DNA of 64,000 bases from an uncultured Solirubrobacterales bacterium (lineage in GTDB: Bacteria > Actinomycetota > Thermoleophilia > Solirubrobacterales > 70-9): assembly GCA_963718755.1 (NCBI GenBank), contig OY970376.1, positions 527,673-591,672 on the forward strand, in the 5' to 3' direction. The notes beneath the pieces are model-generated. The model was not told the DNA's origin, searched no databases, and worked only from the letters and a program-made list of their open reading frames with translations. Shown here in pieces: positions 43,435 to 51,615 of this stretch (position 1 is the stretch's first letter; each line of letters opens with the position of its first letter). The translations under genes and the position numbers were made by a program.

Positions 43435-44487
43435 TTGGAAGGCCGTGCTGGAAAGCAGAGCGAGGAGGAGCACCGCGTTCCGGCGCTGGCGATGCCGGAT
43501 GCGGCGAACCGGATCGGCAGCGGCTTTCGCGACCGCCTGGCCGAAAGCCTCGATACCACCAGCAAGGCGCTCGCGGCAATCGCCGGGTTCGGCGTGTTCT
43601 TCGTCGCCGTCGGCTACTTCGTCGAGTGGCAGCGGTTCAGGCGGGGAGAGCTGCCGCCGGGGGAGGTGCTGCCGCTGCTCCCCAAAGACCAGGTCGCCGC
43701 GGCGGGGGTGCAGGAGCTCGCGATCTCATTGCTGTTCATCGCCCTCACCCTGGGCCTGCTCGGATTTGCCCTCGTCTGGGTCGCCAGGGCGGCGAAGGGA
43801 AGGGACGGCCGGCTCGCCCGGGGCGTCAACGCGATCCTCGCCAAAGACGCCGGCTTCCCCACCGCGGTGATCGGCATCGTCACGCTGCTGATCGTTCCCT
43901 TCAACGTCGCGGGGGTTCTCGTCGCGGTGATCGTCACCGGGCTGCTCTTCTACGGCCTGCGGCTCGTCCGCGACTTCCTCGAGGCGGGTGACGGCTCCCG
44001 CTTTCCGCTCTGGCGGCTCGCGATCGCCGTCGCGGTGGCCGCCTTCGTGCTCAGCGTCGCACGACAGGCGGAGTTCCCCGAGCGGCGCCCGGACGCGGTC
44101 CTGATGCTGGTCGGGGGCAGCGAAATCAAGGGCGAGTATCTGGCCAGCGACGGTTCCAAGATCCTGCTGAGGCAGAAGGCCGCGAGCGACCCGGAGCAAT
44201 GCGAACTGGTGAAAGACAGCTGCATGCTCAGATGCGGATCCGATTTCCTCTGCCGGCGCGAATGCCGGCTCGACCGCCAGCGCTGCGACCGGCCACGGCT
44301 GATCGTCGTGCCGATGGGCGAAGTGAGGGAACTGTGGGTGACGAAGTCGCCGTGGCTGCTGCGCCAGGACTCGTCCCTCCTCGACCGCATAGCCGAGCCG
44401 CTCGCGCCCGACCTCGAACTCAGGTGCATCCCCCCGGAATGCAGGTGGGGCGGCGAGACCCGCATCGGCCCCTCCTCCTTCCTCTAG
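43435..44487 (+). CDS. Hypothetical polytopic membrane protein with Cys-rich C-terminal domain
   Basis: 350-aa ORF with about 5 hydrophobic helices, then CELVKDSCMLRCGSDFLCRRECRLDRQRC...CIPPEC. No family recognised. Confidence 0.5.
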   Translation: MEGRAGKQSEEEHRVPALAMPDAANRIGSGFRDRLAESLDTTSKALAAIAGFGVFFVAVGYFVEWQRFRRGELPPGEVLPLLPKDQVAAAGVQELAISLLFIALTLGLLGFALVWVARAAKGRDGRLARGVNAILAKDAGFPTAVIGIVTLLIVPFNVAGVLVAVIVTGLLFYGLRLVRDFLEAGDGSRFPLWRLAIAVAVAAFVLSVARQAEFPERRPDAVLMLVGGSEIKGEYLASDGSKILLRQKAASDPEQCELVKDSCMLRCGSDFLCRRECRLDRQRCDRPRLIVVPMGEVRELWVTKSPWLLRQDSSLLDRIAEPLAPDLELRCIPPECRWGGETRIGPSSFL

Positions 44488-44499
44488 ACCAGATGGGGT

Positions 44500-46347
44500 C
44501 TAGAGCGCCCGCTCGACCGCGGAGACGATGTGCTCCGCGTCGATTCCCGCGGCGGCCAGCAGGGCTGCGGGCGGGCCGCTGCCGGGGCGGCCGCTGACCG
44601 CGAGGCGGACCAGCGGCGTGCTCGTGGCAGCTTCGGCGAGGACGCCGGCGACGGTCTCGCCGATCCCGCCCTCGGGCCAGTGGTCCTCGACCGTGATCAG
44701 CGCCTTGGTCTCCCCCGCCGCGGTCAGGATCGCTTCGGTGTCGACCGGCTTGACCGAGTAGAGGTCGATCACCCGGGCCTCGATCCCCTTGCCGGCGAGC
44801 TGATCTGCCGCGGCGAGGCATTCGCGCAGGGTGATGCCGGCGCCGATCAGCGTTACGTCGCCGCCGGCGCGAACCGTGTGGCTGCCGCCGATCGCGAAGC
44901 TCTCCCCCGCCTCATAGAGCACCGGCGTCGCCTCGCGCGTCGTCCGCATATAGCTGATGCCGCGATGCTCGCGCATCGCGTCGAGCAGCTGCACCGCCTG
45001 GTTGGCGTCGCTCGGGTAGAGGATCACGCTGTCGAAGACGGCGCGCAGCGAAGCGATGTCTTCGAGTGCCATCTGCGAGGGCCCGTCGGGACCGATCGAG
45101 ACGCCGACGTGCGAGCCGCAGAGCTTCAGGTCGGCTTCGGAGACCGCGGCCATGCGGACGAAGTCGTAGGCGCGGCTGAGGAAGGCGCCAAACGACGAGG
45201 CAAAGGGCTTCCAGCCGCGCGTCTGCAAACCCACCCCGGCGGCGACCATCTGCTGCTCGGCGATGTACATCTCGAAGAAGCGGTCCGGGTGCTTGGCGCC
45301 GAAGCGTTCGGCGTAGGTCGAGTTGCCGACCTCGCCGTCGAGCGCGACGACTTTCTCGTCCACCGAGCCAAGCCAGGCGAGGGCGTCGCCGTAGGCGGCA
45401 CGGGTCGCGACCTTCTCGCCGACCTCGTAGGTCGGGCGCTCGACCGACTCCCTGGCAATCTCGTAGGGCGGCGCCTGCGGTGGCGAGGGCACCTCGACCC
45501 GCAGCGAGCGGACGCCGCCCAGCTCCTCGACCGCAGCCTCGGGATCCGCCAGCGGCTTGCCGTGCTGGTTCGGCTGGTCCTCGACCGCGGCGACGCCGGA
45601 GCCCTTCTTGGTGCGGGCGAAGATCACGGCCGGGACGTCGGCGGCCAGGGCGCGAGCGTATGCCGTATCGATCGCCGCGAGGTCGTGACCGTCGATCTCC
45701 TGCACGTCCCAGCCGCAGGCGGCTGCGCGCGCCGCCCAGGAAGAGGTGTCCCACTCGTGCATGGTCGGGCCGCGCTGGCCGAGCCGGTTGACGTCGACGA
45801 TCGCGATCATGTTGTCGAGGCCGGCGTGGCCGGCGTGCTCGAACGCCTCCCACATCGAGCCCTCGGCCAGCTCGGAGTCGCCGCAGAGCACCCAGACGCG
45901 GAAGTCCGCCGCCTCGAGGCGCTTGCCGGCGAGCGCAATCCCGACCGAGATCGGCAAACCCTGGCCGAGCGAGCCGGTCGCGACATCGACCCAGGGGATT
46001 TCCGGCGTCGGGTGGCCCTGCAGGCGAGAACCGAACTCACGGAAGCTGAGCAGCTCCTCGTCGTCGATTGCTCCGGCCGCTTTGTAGAGGCCGTAGAGCA
46101 AGGGCGAGGCGTGGCCCTTGGAGAAGACGAGGTGATCGTTGGCGGGGCTCTCCGGAGCGTCGAAGTCGTAGCGCAGGTAGCGCGTCAACAGCACCGCCAT
46201 CAGGTCGGCCGCCGACATCGACGACGTCGGGTGACCGGAGTTGGCGGCGGCGGCGGCGCGGACCGAGTCGACGCGCAGCTGCTGAGCCAGCTCATGCAGC
46301 TGCTCGGGGCTCGCGGCCTGCTCGGTGATGACCTCGGGCGAAGACAT
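44500..46347 (-). CDS. tkt: Transketolase
   Basis: SGHPTSSMSAADL and GSLGQGL TPP-binding motifs. ATG at 46347 (MSSPEVITEQ); the upstream part of the 750-aa track ORF is rejected. Confidence 0.9.
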   Translation of the reverse strand: MSSPEVITEQAASPEQLHELAQQLRVDSVRAAAAANSGHPTSSMSAADLMAVLLTRYLRYDFDAPESPANDHLVFSKGHASPLLYGLYKAAGAIDDEELLSFREFGSRLQGHPTPEIPWVDVATGSLGQGLPISVGIALAGKRLEAADFRVWVLCGDSELAEGSMWEAFEHAGHAGLDNMIAIVDVNRLGQRGPTMHEWDTSSWAARAAACGWDVQEIDGHDLAAIDTAYARALAADVPAVIFARTKKGSGVAAVEDQPNQHGKPLADPEAAVEELGGVRSLRVEVPSPPQAPPYEIARESVERPTYEVGEKVATRAAYGDALAWLGSVDEKVVALDGEVGNSTYAERFGAKHPDRFFEMYIAEQQMVAAGVGLQTRGWKPFASSFGAFLSRAYDFVRMAAVSEADLKLCGSHVGVSIGPDGPSQMALEDIASLRAVFDSVILYPSDANQAVQLLDAMREHRGISYMRTTREATPVLYEAGESFAIGGSHTVRAGGDVTLIGAGITLRECLAAADQLAGKGIEARVIDLYSVKPVDTEAILTAAGETKALITVEDHWPEGGIGETVAGVLAEAATSTPLVRLAVSGRPGSGPPAALLAAAGIDAEHIVSAVERAL

Positions 46348-46406
46348 GTGGAGGACGACTTTATCTGCGCGCCGGCCGGGCGCGTCGGCTTCCGCGCGCG
46401 CTCGCG

Positions 46407-47420
46407 CTAGCCGATCGCGACCATGCGCTCGATCGGCAGCCGTGCCCGCTCGGCGATCTCGGCCGGGACGCTGACCTCGAACTGCATCTGGCGCAGCGAA
46501 TCGCGCAGCTTCGGCAGCGTGATCATCTTCATGTACTTGCAGTAAGCCATCCGGTTCGCCTCGATCAAGCTCGCTTTGGGAGCGGCCTGCTGGAGCGGGT
46601 GCAGCATGCCGTTCTCGGTGGCGACGATGTACTCGCCGTCGGGCCGGCGCTGCACGTAGTCGAGCATCTGCCCGGTCGAGAGCATGTGTACGCCCTCCTC
46701 CTCGACTTCGCCGGCGGCGACGAACTCCATCACCTGGGTCACGCAGCCGCACTCGGGGTGGACGAGGAACTCGGCGTCCGGATGGGCGGCGCGCTGCGCC
46801 TTGATGTCATCTGGCCGGATCCCGGCGTGGACGTGGCACTCGCCGGGCCAGACGTGCATCGAGTGTCCGGTCTCGCGCTCGACGTAGGAGCCAAGCCACA
46901 TGTCGGGACCGAAGAGGATCTCGGTGTCCGGCCCATGCTCGCGCAGGATGTGCTCGACCACCTTGACCGCATTGGAGGAAGTGCAGCAGTAGTCGGTCTC
47001 CGCCTTGACCTCGGCCGAGGTGTTGACGTACATGACGACCACCGCGTCGGGGCTGTGGCGGGCCTTCCAGTTGCGCAGCTCGCCGGCGCTGATCGAGTCG
47101 GCGAGTGAGCAGCCCGCCCCGAGGTCGGGGATCAGCACCGTCTTTTCGGGCGAGAGGATCGCGGCCGTCTCGGCCATGAAGTGGACGCCGCAGAAGGCGA
47201 TCGTCGAGGCGCCCGACTCCGCCGCCTTGCGCGAGAGACCGAGCGAGTCACCGGTGTAGTCGGCGACGTCCTGCACCTCGGGGACCTGGTAGTTGTGGGC
47301 GAGGATGACGGCGTCGCGCTCGCGGGCGAGCTCGCGCACCTCGCGCACCATCTCCTCGACCTCTTGAGGGGTGAGGTCGAGCATCGGGACCGGTTCGTTG
47401 ATCGTCGGCAGCTCTCTCAT
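46407..47420 (-). CDS. nadA: Quinolinate synthase
   Basis: ILAHNYQ, GVHFMAETA, PDLGAGCSLADS, HPEC motifs. Confidence 0.95.
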   Translation of the reverse strand: MRELPTINEPVPMLDLTPQEVEEMVREVRELARERDAVILAHNYQVPEVQDVADYTGDSLGLSRKAAESGASTIAFCGVHFMAETAAILSPEKTVLIPDLGAGCSLADSISAGELRNWKARHSPDAVVVMYVNTSAEVKAETDYCCTSSNAVKVVEHILREHGPDTEILFGPDMWLGSYVERETGHSMHVWPGECHVHAGIRPDDIKAQRAAHPDAEFLVHPECGCVTQVMEFVAAGEVEEEGVHMLSTGQMLDYVQRRPDGEYIVATENGMLHPLQQAAPKASLIEANRMAYCKYMKMITLPKLRDSLRQMQFEVSVPAEIAERARLPIERMVAIG

Positions 47421-47531
47421 TTCCGGTTGCCTCGAAAGACTCCTAGCGGAGCCTCGATGGTCTTATGTTCGCTGGCACGGCCTTGGCCTGAGTCCAGTCG
47501 AATGAACTAAGCGCAAGTCTACTCTCTCCTC

Positions 47532-48377
47532 ATGCCCGAGCTTCCGGAGGTCGAGATCACGGCGCGCCGACTGGATTCCGGCCTCACCGGTGCCAAGGTC
47601 GAATCGGTGCTGGCGCCGGGGATGAACGTGATGAAGACCTTCGAGCCGCCGCTCGAGGAACTGGCCGGGAGGGAGATCACCGCGGTACGCCGGGTGGGAA
47701 AGATGCCGATCGTCGAGTTCGGTGACCTGGCCCTGCTGATCCACCTGATGTCGGCTGGCCGCCTGCGGATCTTCGACAAACGCTCCTCGCCAAAAGACCG
47801 TGCCTCGCGGGTGATGGTCCGGCTTGAGGACGGGCGTGAGCTGCGGCTGCGGGAGTTCGGCACCAAGCAGCGTGCCTGGGCAAAGCTGTTGACGACGAAC
47901 GCGGTGGAGGAGGACGAGGCGATCGCGACGCTCGGGCCCGAGGCCTGGCCGGCCCCACCGCTCGACGCCTTCGCCGCGGCGATCGACCTCCCCCGTCACC
48001 TGCACCCGCTGCTGCGCCACCAGCGCGACATCGCCGGCATCGGCCGCTCCTGGGTCGACGAGATCCTCTGGGAGGCCCGCCTCTCCCCCTTCAAGCAGGG
48101 CTCCGAGCTGGATGCGGAGGGGGTGGAGCGCCTGCACGCAGCGCTGCATGTGCTCGGCGAGGCGATCGACCACTACGAGGAAACGGTCGGCGACGACCTG
48201 CCCGACAAGCTGCCGATGCCGCTGCGGATCCACAGGCGCGAGGGCGAGCCCTGCCCGCGCTGCGGCACGACGATCGAGGCCGTCTTCTTCGCCGAGCACC
48301 AGACCAACTACTGCCCGGCGGAGCAAACGGGTGGCCGCGTGCTCAAAGACCGCCGCCTCTCCCGTCTGCTTAAGTAA
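47532..48377 (+). CDS. Fpg/Nei family DNA glycosylase / AP lyase
   Basis: MPELPEVE N-terminus, H2TH region, and C-terminal zinc finger CPRCGTTI...YCPAEQ. Confidence 0.9.
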   Translation: MPELPEVEITARRLDSGLTGAKVESVLAPGMNVMKTFEPPLEELAGREITAVRRVGKMPIVEFGDLALLIHLMSAGRLRIFDKRSSPKDRASRVMVRLEDGRELRLREFGTKQRAWAKLLTTNAVEEDEAIATLGPEAWPAPPLDAFAAAIDLPRHLHPLLRHQRDIAGIGRSWVDEILWEARLSPFKQGSELDAEGVERLHAALHVLGEAIDHYEETVGDDLPDKLPMPLRIHRREGEPCPRCGTTIEAVFFAEHQTNYCPAEQTGGRVLKDRRLSRLLK

Positions 48378-48382
48378 GCGAC

Positions 48383-48727
48383 ATGGGCAAGCGAGCGATT
48401 CTCCTCGCCTTGAGCACGATCGCCGTCGCGAGCGTGGCGGCCCTCTGCGTCGCGCAGGCGGCACCGGCGGCGACTATCACCGTCGGCAACAACTTCCTCT
48501 CCCCGGCCAGCAAGACGATCGACGCGGGGACCAAGCTCCGCTTCAAGTGGCTCGGCGGCGAAAGCCACCACATCGTCAAGACCAAGGGGCCCGGAGGGGA
48601 CATCAAGTCGCCGGCGACCAGCAAAAGGGGAGTCAACCTGGCGAAGGTGCTCCGCAAGCGCGGCACCTACCGCTTCATCTGCACCTTCCACCCTGCGGAA
48701 ATGAGGACGAAGGTGGTCGTGCGCTGA
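48383..48727 (+). CDS. Secreted cupredoxin-like protein
   Basis: Signal peptide, then a plastocyanin-like fold with H...CTFHPAEM ligand pattern. 114 aa. Confidence 0.7.
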   Translation: MGKRAILLALSTIAVASVAALCVAQAAPAATITVGNNFLSPASKTIDAGTKLRFKWLGGESHHIVKTKGPGGDIKSPATSKRGVNLAKVLRKRGTYRFICTFHPAEMRTKVVVR

Positions 48728-48734
48728 GCGAGGC

Positions 48735-49637
48735 TCAGACGGGTTCGACCAGCATGCTGAAGTCGAGCGTCGGCGCAGAGTGCGTCAGCGCTCCAACCGA
48801 GATGAAGTCGACGCCGGTCTCGGCGATTCCGCGCGCGTTGTCCAGCGTGACGCCACCCGAGGCCTCCAGTCGTGGCCCGTCAGCCCCCCGCTCGGCATCG
48901 CGCAGGCCGACGGCTTCGCGCAACTCCCCGGGCGACATGTTGTCGAGCAGCAACCGGTCCGCCCCGGTGCCGAGCGCATAGGCAACCTCGTCGAGGTTGC
49001 GGCACTCGACCTCGATCGGCAGCTCTGGGTGAGCCGAACGGCAGGCATGCACGGCCTTGGCGAGGCCGCCGGCCAGAGCAATGTGGTTCTCCTTGATCAG
49101 GACAGCGTCATGGAGGCCCATGCGGTGGTTTGTGCCACCGCCGGCCGCAACCGCCGCCTTCTCCAGCCCTCGCAACCCCGGCGTCGTCTTGCGCGTGTCG
49201 AGGATGCGAACGCCGGTGCCGGCGAGAGCCTCGACGAAGCGCGCGGTCAGGGTCGCAATCCCAGAGAGGTGACCGAGAAAATTGAGCGCGGTGCGCTCGG
49301 CCGTCAGAAGGGCCCGCGCGGAGCCGCTTGCCATCGCGATCTCGGCGGGCACCTCCTCGCGCCACTGCCCCTCGACGACGAGGTTGTCGACGTCCCCCAC
49401 TTCGCACTGGCGCATCGTCTCGGCAACGGCGCTGAGCCCAAAAACCACCCCGGGCTCTTTCTGCACGATCCGCGCCCGTGCCCGCGTCCCCTCCGGCACG
49501 GTCGCCCGCGACGTCACGTCGCCACCGCCAACGTCCTCGGCCAAGGCCTCACGGACAATTGCATCCAATGCAAGTAAATGTGCTGTTTTCCAGGGCTTTT
49601 TCAAGTCTTCTTTCAAGTAGTTGCAAGTAGATTGCAA
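48735..49637 (-). CDS. nadC: Nicotinate-nucleotide pyrophosphorylase (carboxylating)
   Basis: ALAEDVGGGDVTS, RKTTPGLR, GGGTNHRMGL motifs. The first 23 codons lie in the AT-rich decamer array, so the true start may be TTG at 49568 (MDAIVREAL...). Confidence 0.85.
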   Translation of the reverse strand: MQSTCNYLKEDLKKPWKTAHLLALDAIVREALAEDVGGGDVTSRATVPEGTRARARIVQKEPGVVFGLSAVAETMRQCEVGDVDNLVVEGQWREEVPAEIAMASGSARALLTAERTALNFLGHLSGIATLTARFVEALAGTGVRILDTRKTTPGLRGLEKAAVAAGGGTNHRMGLHDAVLIKENHIALAGGLAKAVHACRSAHPELPIEVECRNLDEVAYALGTGADRLLLDNMSPGELREAVGLRDAERGADGPRLEASGGVTLDNARGIAETGVDFISVGALTHSAPTLDFSMLVEPV

Positions 49638-49641
49638 GTAG
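49568..49641 (-). repeat. AT-rich array of five TTNCAAGTAG decamers between the AlbA_2 gene stop and nadC
   Basis: Plus-strand copies at 49568 (ATGCAAGTAA), 49599 (TTTCAAGTCT), 49611 (TTTCAAGTAG), 49621 (TTGCAAGTAG) and 49632 (TTGCAAGTAG). The last three are spaced 10-11 bp apart. Confidence 0.8.
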
Positions 49642-49643
49642 GG

Positions 49644-51053
49644 CTATCTGGTTCTCAGCTGCCAGTAGGCACGGGGGTCCTTCGGCGACTTTCCCACCCA
49701 CTCGACGATTCCAGCCTCTTTGAGGGCGTTCAGCTCCTTTTGGACAACCGGCCTGGAAATCCCCAAGGCCTCGGTCACCTCACCCGTGCTCATCCGTCCA
49801 ACCGACCTAAGAGTCCTCGCAATTGCCCGTGAGTGCCCGGGAAGGCGTGCCTCGAGCCGTCGGTCGACTGGCTCCGCCAAAAGCTGAAGCTCAACGCTGC
49901 CTGAGGTTTGTCGGTAAACGGGATCCGTCAGGCCTGCCTGTCGCATCTCCTCGAACATTCGCCGTATCCCCTCGCCCAGCTCCTGCCCAAGACTGAGATC
50001 GGCACAAACGCGGGCGATGCGCGGGTTTCGCGCGAAACGCATCGTCTGGAGAGGATCGTCAAGATCCACAAGGCCGGGGAAACGACCCGGACTCGAGATC
50101 TCGATTCGGTCGTCGAAGATCTCCACCCTGATGTGATCGCCGGCCATGCTGTAAGAACGATGGACCGCGGCATTGACGATTCCCTCGAGCCAGGCATCTT
50201 CAGGCACTAGTGGAACGTCCTCAAAGGTCCCGCCTTCGCCGAGCGCCCTTCGGGTCGGCTGGAGCCGCTCGACCTGCTCTCTGGCCTCTCTCAACTGCTC
50301 AGGAATCGGCCCTTCGAGCCTGGTGTCGTCGACGAGCTGCTGCCGGGCCCCCGAGCCTCTCTCCCGGCCCCGATACCGGAGCACCCTGATGTATGCCTCC
50401 GGTAGGAATGCCTGGGGAGATTCGGCAAAGAGCAGGCACCCCGCAATCGTCAACTCCCCATCGCTGGCGAGACCCCGCGCATGCAGCAGTCGCACTGGAT
50501 CCGAGGCCCCCGCCAATCGGACGTAATCATCGAGAAGAGAGTGATCGACCAGATCCAGCGAGGCGCCGGATGGCCTCGCCTCATAGCTCGCCTGGCCCTT
50601 GTCGAAGAGCAACTCCTGTCGCTGCCCGAAACCCAGCCTGCGATTCTCGTCGCCGGCCCGCAGAAACACTTCGTCCTTCTGATTGGAATGCACAGACTCG
50701 CTCGGCGCAACCTGGAAGGTAACCAGCTCATTCGGTTCGCCCCCGCTATCGACGCAAGCAACCAACCGATGCTTAGCTGGAACGGGTGGCGTACAGAAAT
50801 CGACATTCGCCTGAAGCTGCGCATTGCGCCTCTCCGCATTGCCATCGGTCCCCTCGACCGTTCCATCGTCCAAGCCGACGACGAGCGTCCCCCCGTCGGC
50901 GTTGGCAAAACCGATCAAGGCTTTGGCGAGATCGCGCGGCGCGATCCGGCACGACTTCCGCTCGAACCACTGGTCCTCGGGCAGGGCCGCGAGTTGGGGT
51001 CCTACTTCCACGGGCGGAGCATTGAGAGCGTTCTCTACGGCCAGAGTCCCCAT
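49644..51053 (-). CDS. AlbA_2 (Schlafen-like) + HATPase_c_4 + C-terminal winged-helix protein (often mis-annotated as RecG-like / transcriptional regulator)
   Basis: N-terminus EDQWFERKS...LIGFANADGGTLVVGLDD. Middle AWLEGIVNAAVHRSY...IEISSPGRFPG. C-terminus MSTGEVTEALGISRPVVQKELNALKEAGIVEWVG. Visibly lower GC than its neighbours. Confidence 0.75.
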   Translation of the reverse strand: MGTLAVENALNAPPVEVGPQLAALPEDQWFERKSCRIAPRDLAKALIGFANADGGTLVVGLDDGTVEGTDGNAERRNAQLQANVDFCTPPVPAKHRLVACVDSGGEPNELVTFQVAPSESVHSNQKDEVFLRAGDENRRLGFGQRQELLFDKGQASYEARPSGASLDLVDHSLLDDYVRLAGASDPVRLLHARGLASDGELTIAGCLLFAESPQAFLPEAYIRVLRYRGRERGSGARQQLVDDTRLEGPIPEQLREAREQVERLQPTRRALGEGGTFEDVPLVPEDAWLEGIVNAAVHRSYSMAGDHIRVEIFDDRIEISSPGRFPGLVDLDDPLQTMRFARNPRIARVCADLSLGQELGEGIRRMFEEMRQAGLTDPVYRQTSGSVELQLLAEPVDRRLEARLPGHSRAIARTLRSVGRMSTGEVTEALGISRPVVQKELNALKEAGIVEWVGKSPKDPRAYWQLRTR

Positions 51054-51058
51054 ATTTT

Positions 51059-51092
51059 CTACTTACAATTATTGCATGTAGCTTTCAAGTAG
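51059..51092 (-). repeat. Three further copies of the decamer immediately upstream of the AlbA_2 gene start
   Basis: CTACTTACAA (51059, inverted), TTGCATGTAG (51072), TTTCAAGTAG (51083). The first two form an imperfect palindrome 6-28 nt from the ATG at 51053. Confidence 0.75.
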
Positions 51093-51147
51093 ATGATTCA
51101 GGGGCGGCATCTCACGCTCGCCGCTGCCGGGGCGTTTAATCCCACAG

Positions 51148-51615
51148 GTGAATACCTTGCCCCCCTTCCAGGTCCTCCTTGACCAGCACGCCGCCGACGT
51201 GATGGCGGTGCTGCGCGGCGCCGTCGGCCGCACCGATGCCGAGGACTGCTTTCAGGAGACGTTCCTGGCGGCGCTGCGGGCCTACCCAAAGCTGGACGAC
51301 GACCGCAACCTGCGCGGATGGCTGCTGACCATTGCCCACCGCAAGGCGATCGATCACCATCGGGCCAACGGCAAGCGAGCGCTGCCGATCGCCGAGCCCG
51401 GCGAGCTGGCCGGCGCCACCGCCGAGCCAGAGCTCGATGACGGGATCTGGGCGCTGGTCGGCGCGCTGCCGCCCAAGCAACGCGCAGCCGTAGCCCTGCG
51501 TTACGCCTGCGACCTCCCCCACGCCGAGATCGCGGCGGCGCTCGGCTGCTCGCCCGAGGCAGCGCGACGCAGCCTGCACGAGGGAATCAAACGACTGCGA
51601 AAGGAGCTGGCATGA
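51148..51615 (+). CDS. ECF-type RNA polymerase sigma factor
   Basis: Region 2 (FQETFLAALRAY...RGWLLTIAHRKAIDHHR) and region 4 (LPPKQRAAVALRY...HAEIAAALGCSPEAARRSL). 155 aa. Confidence 0.85.
   Translation: MNTLPPFQVLLDQHAADVMAVLRGAVGRTDAEDCFQETFLAALRAYPKLDDDRNLRGWLLTIAHRKAIDHHRANGKRALPIAEPGELAGATAEPELDDGIWALVGALPPKQRAAVALRYACDLPHAEIAAALGCSPEAARRSLHEGIKRLRKELA

Noticed and set aside
47421-47531. Possible NAD+ (nadA-motif) riboswitch or NadR/NiaR operator upstream of nadA.
   Set aside because: No tandem-domain structure or recognisable operator palindrome is visible. The nadA motif is reported mainly from Acidobacteria. I cannot support it from sequence alone.
49568-51092. The decamer arrays considered as a CRISPR-like array or as att/direct repeats of an integrated element.
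   Set aside because: The units are only 10 bp with 0-2 bp spacers, so they are not repeat-spacer units. The two sides are not a simple direct duplication and no integrase is present. They are kept as operator-like arrays instead.
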